DNA of 33,423 nucleotides from Gammaproteobacteria bacterium (GTDB lineage Bacteria; Pseudomonadota; Gammaproteobacteria; GCA-013414725): NCBI GenBank assembly GCA_049678805.1, contig JBAUEV010000228.1, positions 1 to 33,423 of the forward strand, read 5' to 3'. Shown piece by piece: positions 26,643 to 33,423 of this stretch (position 1 is its first letter; each line of letters starts with the position of its first letter). The notes under the pieces were generated by a model. It saw only the letters and a program-made list of their open reading frames with translations, ran no database searches and was not told where the DNA came from. The position numbers and the translations under genes were made by a program.

Positions 26643-29087
26643 TTAAAACAATTCTGCTGAGGTATTAGAGTCTCCCCCATCTGAAGAATCCGGGGAAGAA
26701 TCAGAAGAAGCGTCAGAATTAGCATCTGGATTTTCATTTGCATCCGGTGTATCGGGTGTGGGACTAGCGCTATGGCTCGGAACAAATTGTGCCTCAAACA
26801 CTTCAAAAATCGCATTTGTTTGACCAGGGTAAGCAAGCAGGCCGCTAGTGGGATCAATCCGAGCCGTTATAATGCCCGGGGGTTGGGCCATAGTATGCTG
26901 AGGTTGGCCTACTAAAGCTTGATTCATAAAATTAACCCAAACAGGCAATGCAGCTTGTGCACCAAATTCATGCAATGATTCAGGATTATCAAATCCTATC
27001 CATGCTGTGGCTGCGATATCGGAATTGAAACCTGAAAACCAAGCGTCTACAAAATTATTTGAAGTTCCAGTTTTGCCTGCTAAATCAGGACGTCGTAATG
27101 TCAATGCCCCTCGACCGGTTCCAGAACGGATAACATCTTTTAACACGCTGGTCATTAGGTATGCATTTTGTGGACTTATAGCACGTGGTGCAGTGGGCAA
27201 AGGTATTGCGGTTTGACTTGAATTTGCAACGGTGCAGTCTTCACAAGCTAAAGGGGGTTGTGCTTGATAAATAATTTGGTTGTCTTCGTTGGTGATATGG
27301 TCAATAAAGTAAGGTGTTATGCGATAACCGCCGTTAGCAAAAACAGCATAACCACTGACAATTTGTAAAGGCGTTACGGTGCCACTACCCAATGCTAATG
27401 ATAGCCCATGAGGTAATTGTGAAGGGCTAAAACCAAAATGGCTTATATGATCTAGGGCGTAGTGGAGACCAATGGTTTTTAGGAGACGAATAGAGGCAAG
27501 GTTATAAGAGTTTATCAAGGCAACCCGTAGTCGCGTAGGACCATAAAATCGTAAATCATCATTCATGGGACGCCAAATTCTATTATCGCCACCACCATGT
27601 TCTTCAACGATGGGAGCGTCATTGATAATCGATGCCCAGGTGAAACCTTTTTCTAAAGCGGCTGAATAGTAGAAAGGTTTGAAATTTGAACCGGGTTGCC
27701 GCAATGCTTGGATAGCGCGATTATAATGGCTTTCACCAAAACTAAACCCACCCGTTAAAGCAAATAAAGCACCATTACTAGGATTCATGGCAATTAAGGC
27801 ACCTTCTACTTTTGGTACTTGAGATAATTGCCATTGGTTGTTGACGCGCTGTACTCGAATTACATCACCTAATTTCACGATCTCGCCGCCTTGACTAGGT
27901 GAAGGGCCGAGGTATTCATTGTTGTAAGCACGTCGTGCCCAGGATAAACCTGACCATGGAATGGTAATGGTACGCCCATTCGGTAATAGCGCATTGATAG
28001 TTTGGTCTTGAATAGCGGTTACCGCGGCTGGGAACAAACCGTTATAAACGGGAATATCTTGTAATTGTTCTTGCCATTCGAGGTAACTTTCAGGGGACGG
28101 TTGACCAAGATTACCCTCCGGTCCACGATAACCATGCCGTTGGTCATAGGCTAACAAGCCATTTCGCAAGGCTTGATTGGCATCGTTTTGCAGGTTGGAT
28201 TCAATGGTTGTGTAGACTTTAAAACCGTCTGTATAAGCTTTATCGCCGTATTCGGTTACCATGGCTACACGGGCCATTTCAGCCACATAAGGTGCATAGA
28301 TGCTAATGTGTTCTTCATGATAACGCGCGGTATCGGGTGCTTCGCTCGCTTCCAGATAGGTATTTCTGTCAATATAACCCAATTCGTACATGCGTTGTAG
28401 GACGTGATTGCGGCGTTCAATTGCGCCACGTGGGTTGCTAATTGGATTATCACGCGAGGGTGCTTGGGGTAGACCACCAATCATGGCCATTTCTGGCAGG
28501 GTGAGTTGAGCAAGTGTTTTGCCATAGTACACTTGCGCTGCTGCTGCCACGCCATAGGAACGCTGTCCGAGGTAGATTTTATTAAGATAAAGTTCGAGGA
28601 TTTTATCCTTAGGCAATTCGCGGTCAATTTTCAAGGCGAGCAACATTTCGTTAAGTTTGCGCGAATAGGTTTTTTTGCGGGTCAAAAAGAAATTACGGGC
28701 GACTTGCATAGTGATAGTACTGGCGCCTTGGCTTTTCTGGCCGGTGATTAACAATTCACGGGTAGCGCGTACCAGGCCAATAAGGTCTATACCGGGGTGT
28801 TCATAATACCGTTGGTCTTCGGTAGCCAGTATGGCATTGATAAGTGGTTTTGGTACTTGGCTTAAGGGAACTGGGCTACGGCGGAATGAGCCATAAACTG
28901 CGAGTAACTTGTCATCGTGGGTATAGATTTTGAGTGGCACTTGGAGTTGGGGATCGTTAAGAGAAGCGATGTCGGGTAATTGTGAAGACAAATAAAAAAT
29001 AACCGCGCTGATAATGATTAGGCTGGTAATGACCAGACTCAGCAAGGCAAGCAAACTTTGTTTAAGGACATAGCTCAGTAATTTCAT
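26643..29087 (-). CDS. mrcA: Penicillin-binding protein 1A (bifunctional glycosyltransferase/transpeptidase)
   Basis: Has GT51 motifs (EDQRYYEHPGID, GASTITMQ), transpeptidase motifs (SNFKP, KTGT) and an N-terminal TM anchor. Start taken at MKLLSYVLKQ (29087). The C-terminal tail is S/D/P-rich. Confidence 0.93.
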   Translation of the reverse strand: MKLLSYVLKQSLLALLSLVITSLIIISAVIFYLSSQLPDIASLNDPQLQVPLKIYTHDDKLLAVYGSFRRSPVPLSQVPKPLINAILATEDQRYYEHPGIDLIGLVRATRELLITGQKSQGASTITMQVARNFFLTRKKTYSRKLNEMLLALKIDRELPKDKILELYLNKIYLGQRSYGVAAAAQVYYGKTLAQLTLPEMAMIGGLPQAPSRDNPISNPRGAIERRNHVLQRMYELGYIDRNTYLEASEAPDTARYHEEHISIYAPYVAEMARVAMVTEYGDKAYTDGFKVYTTIESNLQNDANQALRNGLLAYDQRHGYRGPEGNLGQPSPESYLEWQEQLQDIPVYNGLFPAAVTAIQDQTINALLPNGRTITIPWSGLSWARRAYNNEYLGPSPSQGGEIVKLGDVIRVQRVNNQWQLSQVPKVEGALIAMNPSNGALFALTGGFSFGESHYNRAIQALRQPGSNFKPFYYSAALEKGFTWASIINDAPIVEEHGGGDNRIWRPMNDDLRFYGPTRLRVALINSYNLASIRLLKTIGLHYALDHISHFGFSPSQLPHGLSLALGSGTVTPLQIVSGYAVFANGGYRITPYFIDHITNEDNQIIYQAQPPLACEDCTVANSSQTAIPLPTAPRAISPQNAYLMTSVLKDVIRSGTGRGALTLRRPDLAGKTGTSNNFVDAWFSGFNSDIAATAWIGFDNPESLHEFGAQAALPVWVNFMNQALVGQPQHTMAQPPGIITARIDPTSGLLAYPGQTNAIFEVFEAQFVPSHSASPTPDTPDANENPDANSDASSDSSPDSSDGGDSNTSAELF

Positions 29088-29139
29088 CAGAACAACAATA
29101 TTACCATAAAGTAAATGCAAATGCAGACAGGGTATCAGC

Positions 29140-29235
29140 CTTGTCATCCTGAGCGTAGCGAAGGATCTCCTCTTTTCTCTTTTTATTTATGAGGCGAGAT
29201 CCTTCGTCGCAAACAACGCTCCTCAGGATGACAAG
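29140..29235. repeat. 96-bp GC-rich compound palindrome (cttgtcatcctgag...cgaaggatctc type)
   Basis: The outer arms 29140-29153 / 29222-29235 and the inner arms 29159-29169 / 29196-29206 are perfectly complementary. Confidence 0.75.
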
Positions 29236-29249
29236 TCTTATAATATGCG

Positions 29250-29347
29250 CTCCTCAGGGCGAACGGTAAGAAGTGAAAGCCTCGTTCGTCCTGAGGAGGC
29301 TGCGTAGCAGCCGTCTCGAAGGACGAAGGGCCTGATACCTAGTCGCA
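29250..29347. repeat. Second palindromic element; its 3' half is homologous to the core of the 23559-23712 element
   Basis: The arms ctcctcagggcgaacg / cgttcgtcctgaggag have 1 mismatch. The inner hairpin is ggctgc-gta-gcagcc. It shares flanks cgttc..cctgaggag and gtctcgaagg..gggcct....ctagtcgca with 23624-23682. Confidence 0.7.
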
Positions 29348-29472
29348 CTCAACGATATAGAGGGGATGGGTTAGCGCAAGGGAGATCTCTTGGATTTTAA
29401 ATAGCTGAGTTACGGTATAGATAGTCAAAGAAAAATAGGGTAATAAAACGGGATTTCTAAATGGAGAGTTTT

Positions 29473-30603
29473 ATGCCTTATATCGAATCTTTATCCGATG
29501 CTCAAAATGTGTTGCCTTATTGGTTAGCTTTGCTGCATGTACCACGCTGTGGTCCTGCGTGTTGTCAAAAATTATTAACTGCATTTGGTGATATAACCCA
29601 AGCCTTTAAAGCAAGCACAACAGAATTGATTGCCTTGGGTTTACCGGAAGAAGTCAGGCAAGGATTACGTTATCCTGATTGGTCAAGCGTAGAAAAAGCA
29701 CTGGCCTGGTTACAAGCTGATACCCAACATCATATTTTGACTTGGCAAGATAAACGTTATCCGCCTTTGTTAAATGAAATCAGCGATTCACCGCCAGTCC
29801 TATTTGTTCAAGGTGATCCTAAAGTCCTGTTGCAATTGCAGTTAGCAGTGGTTGGTAGCCGTAATCCTACCCATGGAGGAGTGGAACTTACCCAAGCTTG
29901 GGTGGCTGAATTGATTGCATCAGGTTTAATTATTACGAGCGGTTTAGCATTGGGTATTGATGCTGTTGCGCACCATAGTGCTTTGACAAACAGGGGCAAA
30001 ACCATTGCAGTGATGGGAACAGGATTACAGCGGATTTATCCTGCACGGAATCAGGAACTAGCAGAGGCGATTGTTGAAAATGGCGGCGCTTTGGTATCAG
30101 AATTTCAACTGGATATGCAGCCAAAAGCTGAGAACTTTCCGCGCCGTAATCGTGTGGTAAGCGGATTGTGTTTAGGTACTTTGGTTGTTGAAGCAGGATT
30201 GCGCAGTGGTTCTTTGATTACTGCGCGATTGGCGGCTGAACAAGGGCGTGAAGTGTTTGCAGTGCCAGGATCGATACATAACCCTTTGGCGCGTGGTTGC
30301 CATTTGCTGATTCGACAAGGTGCCAAGTTGGTTGAGACAGTGGCTGAAGTATTGGAAGAATTGCCATTATTAGCCCCTTTTACTAGCCAAAAAGTGTTAA
30401 CGTCGGTACCCGAAGTTGCTACCCTAGCTCTTGATGAGGCTCACGCGAAACTGTTAGAGTGTATCCCGCATGAACCAACCTCTTGGGATTTATTGGTAGT
30501 CCGGAGTGGTAAAACAGTAGCAGAGTTATCGCTGATGTTGTTACAGCTTGAATTGCAAGGTTGGATCATGTGCGTGCATGGTAGCTATATGCGAGTAAGG
30601 TGA
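29473..30603 (+). CDS. dprA: DNA processing protein DprA (Smf)
   Basis: Has the Rossmann-like DprA core (AVVGSRNPT, GLALGIDAVAH, GTGLQRIYP, SGSLITA). The ATG at 29473 has a GGAG SD 6 nt upstream. The track ORF starts at 29461. Confidence 0.92.
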   Translation: MPYIESLSDAQNVLPYWLALLHVPRCGPACCQKLLTAFGDITQAFKASTTELIALGLPEEVRQGLRYPDWSSVEKALAWLQADTQHHILTWQDKRYPPLLNEISDSPPVLFVQGDPKVLLQLQLAVVGSRNPTHGGVELTQAWVAELIASGLIITSGLALGIDAVAHHSALTNRGKTIAVMGTGLQRIYPARNQELAEAIVENGGALVSEFQLDMQPKAENFPRRNRVVSGLCLGTLVVEAGLRSGSLITARLAAEQGREVFAVPGSIHNPLARGCHLLIRQGAKLVETVAEVLEELPLLAPFTSQKVLTSVPEVATLALDEAHAKLLECIPHEPTSWDLLVVRSGKTVAELSLMLLQLELQGWIMCVHGSYMRVR

Positions 30604-31088
30604 TGAAAAGTAAAAGTGTATTACAGGTGTTGGGCTATTTGTTCCAGCATTACTTGATAAAAGGTGCTTGCTTGAAAGTGAGTGAGCAAGAGGCGGTAGC
30701 TGAGCTTACCCAAGCCGGATTTACTATGGATGTGATTTATCAAGCTTTTGAATGGTTGAGTGAACTATCGGAATTACAAGATAATCCGCAACAGTTTGAA
30801 TTGCCAAGCGGCGCGTCTTTCCGGATGTTCAATGCGCGTGAATCTGTGCTACTTGATAACGAATGCCGCAATTATTTGCTTTTTTTAGAACGCTGTCGCA
30901 TTCTTGAACCTGTTATGCGTGAGCAAGTTATTGATCGGCTATTATATTTAGACGCTGAACAAATTACCATCCAATATGTAAAAATGGTAACGTTAATCGT
31001 GCTTTCGCTACATGCCAATCAAAAAAACGCATTATCAGCAATGGAAAAATTGGTATTAGAGGAACCTTCAGTAAACGGTGTGCATTAG
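30600..31088 (+). CDS. smg: Smg (DUF494) protein
   Basis: 162-aa ORF. ATGA overlap with dprA. The dprA-smg-topA order is conserved, and the N-terminus VLQVLGYLFQHY is Smg-like. Confidence 0.85.
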   Translation: MMKSKSVLQVLGYLFQHYLIKGACLKVSEQEAVAELTQAGFTMDVIYQAFEWLSELSELQDNPQQFELPSGASFRMFNARESVLLDNECRNYLLFLERCRILEPVMREQVIDRLLYLDAEQITIQYVKMVTLIVLSLHANQKNALSAMEKLVLEEPSVNGVH

Positions 31089-31092
31089 AGTT

Positions 31093-33375
31093 ATGAGTAA
31101 TCTTGTTGTTGTAGAATCTCCAGCCAAGGCCAAGACCATCAAAAAATACCTGGGTAGTGATTTCCAGATATTAGCATCCTATGGACATGTGCGGGATTTA
31201 GTGCCAAAAGAAGGTGCTGTTGATCCTGAACATGATTTTGCTATGCGGTATGAACTAATCGAAAAAAATATTCCTCATGTGGAGGCAATTAGTAAAGCAC
31301 TGAAAAAAGCGGATGCCCTGTATTTAGCGACTGACCCAGATCGTGAAGGAGAAGCAATTTCTTGGCATATTTGTGAGATTTTGCGGCAAAAAAAAGTACT
31401 TAAAGATAAACCCGTACACCGCATTGTATTTCATCAAATTACCAAAACGGCTATTAAAGAAGCCATTGCTCATCCACGAGAAATTTCGCAAGATTTAGTC
31501 AATGCGCAACAAGCGCGTCGTGCTTTGGATTATCTTGTAGGTTTTAATCTATCCCCGCTTCTATGGCGCAAAATACGACCTGGGTTATCGGCAGGTCGTG
31601 TTCAAAGTCCTGCATTACGCATGATTGTTGAGCGTGAAGAAGAAATTGAGAAATTTGTTGCTCAAGAATATTGGACGATCGAAGCTGATTTGGCGCGCCA
31701 TAAACAAAAATTCAACGCGCGTTTGATTGAATATCAAAATGAAAAACTTGAACAATTTAGCATTACCAACACCGAGCAAGCACAAGCAATTGAACAAGCC
31801 TTACAAAAAGCAACGCAGGGCAAAATCGCTGTTGTTAAAGTCGAACGCAAACAACGTAAGCGGCAACCCGCAGCTCCTTTTATCACTTCCACCTTGCAGC
31901 AAGAGGCATCACGCAAATTAGGATTTACTGCACAACGCACCATGCGGATCGCACAACAACTGTATGAAGGTGTAGATGTTGCGGGTGAAACGGTAGGATT
32001 AATTACCTATATGCGTACTGATTCAGTTACGCTTGCCAACGATGCTATCACTGAGATCCGTGCTTATATTAAAGAACGGTATGGCGCAGATTATTTACCC
32101 GAAGCACCACGTGTTTATGTTACTAAAACCAAAAATGCTCAAGAAGCACATGAAGCTATTCGGCCTACTTCAGTGCATAACACATCCGAAGCGGTCAAAA
32201 AATTTATCACCGCAGATCAATTTAAATTATATCAACTCATTTGGAAACGTACCGTAGCTTGCCAAATGGAGCATGCATTGTTAGATACAGTAGCGGTAGA
32301 TTTTAGCAATGATCCACAACAGCATCGTTTTCGCGCCAATGGTTCTACAATTACTCATCCAGGATTTATGGCGGTTTATCAGGAAGGCAATGACGATCAT
32401 AAAAAAACGGATGATGATGAAGCGATGCTACCGCCGTTAGAAGTTGGGGATGTGGTTAAAGTACAAACTATCATGGGTGTGCAGCACTTTACTGAACCAC
32501 CACCCCGTTACAGTGAAGCCAGTTTAGTAAAGGCTTTAGAAGAATATGGCATTGGGCGTCCATCCACTTATGCTTCGATTATTTCCACCTTGGTGGCGCG
32601 TAAATACGTAAATCTTGAGCAAAGACGTTTTACTCCAACCGATGTTGGACGAATTGTAAGTCATTTTCTTACCCAATATTTTACACAATATGTGGATTAT
32701 GATTTTACGGCTAAGCTTGAAGATGAATTAGACGACGTATCACGGGGTGAGAAAGCATGGATACCTTTATTAGACGCGTTTTGGGGGCCGTTTAAACACC
32801 TAATTGAAGATATTGCGGTCTCCGTAAAGCGCAAAGATGTTACCCAAGAAATGATTGATGAGAAATGTCCAAAATGCGGCAAACCTTTGTCTATTCGTCT
32901 GGGCCGCAGTGGCCGTTTTATTGGTTGTACTGGTTACCCTGAGTGTGATTACACACGTAATCTGAATGAGAGTCCTGATGCGCCTTCGGAAGCAGAAATT
33001 ATTGGTGATCGTAAATGTCCAGACTGTGGTTCTGCTTTAGTCATTAAACATGGGCGTTATGGGCGTTTTATTGGTTGTAGTGGTTATCCAAACTGCAAAT
33101 TTATCGAACCGCTTGAAAAACCGAAAGATACAGGGATTCTTTGTCCGCAATGTAAAGAAGGGCATTTGCTAGAACGCAAATCGCGGTTCGGAAAACTATT
33201 TTATTCTTGCTCTACTTATCCAAAATGTACTTATGCAGTGTGGTATCCACCATTAGATGAACCTTGCCCGAATTGTGGTTGGCCGATTTTGACGTTGAAA
33301 ACAACTAAACGTTATGGCACAGAAAAAGTATGTCCACGTAAGGAGTGTGGTTTTAAAGCACCGGTGGAAGAGTAA
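31093..33375 (+). CDS. topA: DNA topoisomerase I
   Basis: The start MSNLVVVESPAKAKTIKKYLG opens a TOPRIM domain. The active-site region is ITYMRTDS. Four C-terminal Cys4 zinc-ribbon repeats are present. The track ORF begins at a GTG at 31078. Confidence 0.96.
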   Translation: MSNLVVVESPAKAKTIKKYLGSDFQILASYGHVRDLVPKEGAVDPEHDFAMRYELIEKNIPHVEAISKALKKADALYLATDPDREGEAISWHICEILRQKKVLKDKPVHRIVFHQITKTAIKEAIAHPREISQDLVNAQQARRALDYLVGFNLSPLLWRKIRPGLSAGRVQSPALRMIVEREEEIEKFVAQEYWTIEADLARHKQKFNARLIEYQNEKLEQFSITNTEQAQAIEQALQKATQGKIAVVKVERKQRKRQPAAPFITSTLQQEASRKLGFTAQRTMRIAQQLYEGVDVAGETVGLITYMRTDSVTLANDAITEIRAYIKERYGADYLPEAPRVYVTKTKNAQEAHEAIRPTSVHNTSEAVKKFITADQFKLYQLIWKRTVACQMEHALLDTVAVDFSNDPQQHRFRANGSTITHPGFMAVYQEGNDDHKKTDDDEAMLPPLEVGDVVKVQTIMGVQHFTEPPPRYSEASLVKALEEYGIGRPSTYASIISTLVARKYVNLEQRRFTPTDVGRIVSHFLTQYFTQYVDYDFTAKLEDELDDVSRGEKAWIPLLDAFWGPFKHLIEDIAVSVKRKDVTQEMIDEKCPKCGKPLSIRLGRSGRFIGCTGYPECDYTRNLNESPDAPSEAEIIGDRKCPDCGSALVIKHGRYGRFIGCSGYPNCKFIEPLEKPKDTGILCPQCKEGHLLERKSRFGKLFYSCSTYPKCTYAVWYPPLDEPCPNCGWPILTLKTTKRYGTEKVCPRKECGFKAPVEE

Positions 33376-33423
33376 TACGGAAGCAAAAGCCATTTAGCTG
33401 CTGCCTCTTGCAGAGCTTGCGTT

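Noticed and set aside
29088-29147. N-terminal 20-aa extension of the mrcA ORF (MTRLIPCLHLHLLYGNIVVL)
   Set aside because: It starts inside the GC-rich palindrome. The PBP1A membrane anchor begins at MKLLSYVLKQ, so 29087 is the plausible start.
33376-33423. Possible 3' end of a convergent minus-strand gene (reverse frame ...NASSARGSS*, stop at 33394-33396)
   Set aside because: Only ~9 codons are visible before the window ends, which cannot support a call.

Overview
This window is mostly a housekeeping stretch of a moderately AT-rich gammaproteobacterial chromosome. The gene content looks Legionellales-like, but that is inference, not proof. On the + strand it carries grpE-dnaK-dnaJ-prfC, an MFS transporter, glpD, a Lys/Ala-rich histone H1-like protein, an alpha/beta hydrolase, ffh, rpsP-rimM-trmD-rplS and dprA-smg-topA. 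On the - strand it carries ampE-ampD plus a CPA2 antiporter, trx-adk plus a small IcmD-like membrane protein, fimT, a CorC-type transporter, ypjD and mrcA. Three parts look accessory. (1) A 1284-aa, AT-richer ankyrin-repeat membrane protein has a C-terminus with two Rx4H (HEPN-like) motifs. It is followed by a REP-like 41-bp tandem array. (2) A ~1.6-kb islet sits between ffh and rpsP. It holds a BrnT/BrnA toxin-antitoxin cassette bracketed by 77-bp direct repeats that duplicate the ffh 3' end, a MITE-like inverted-repeat element, and a small secreted six-Cys protein. (3) Several families of GC-rich palindromic intergenic repeats recur across the window. No rRNA, tRNA, CRISPR array or transposase is supportable. 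All calls come from reading the sequence and translations and from remembered family motifs; no searches were run.
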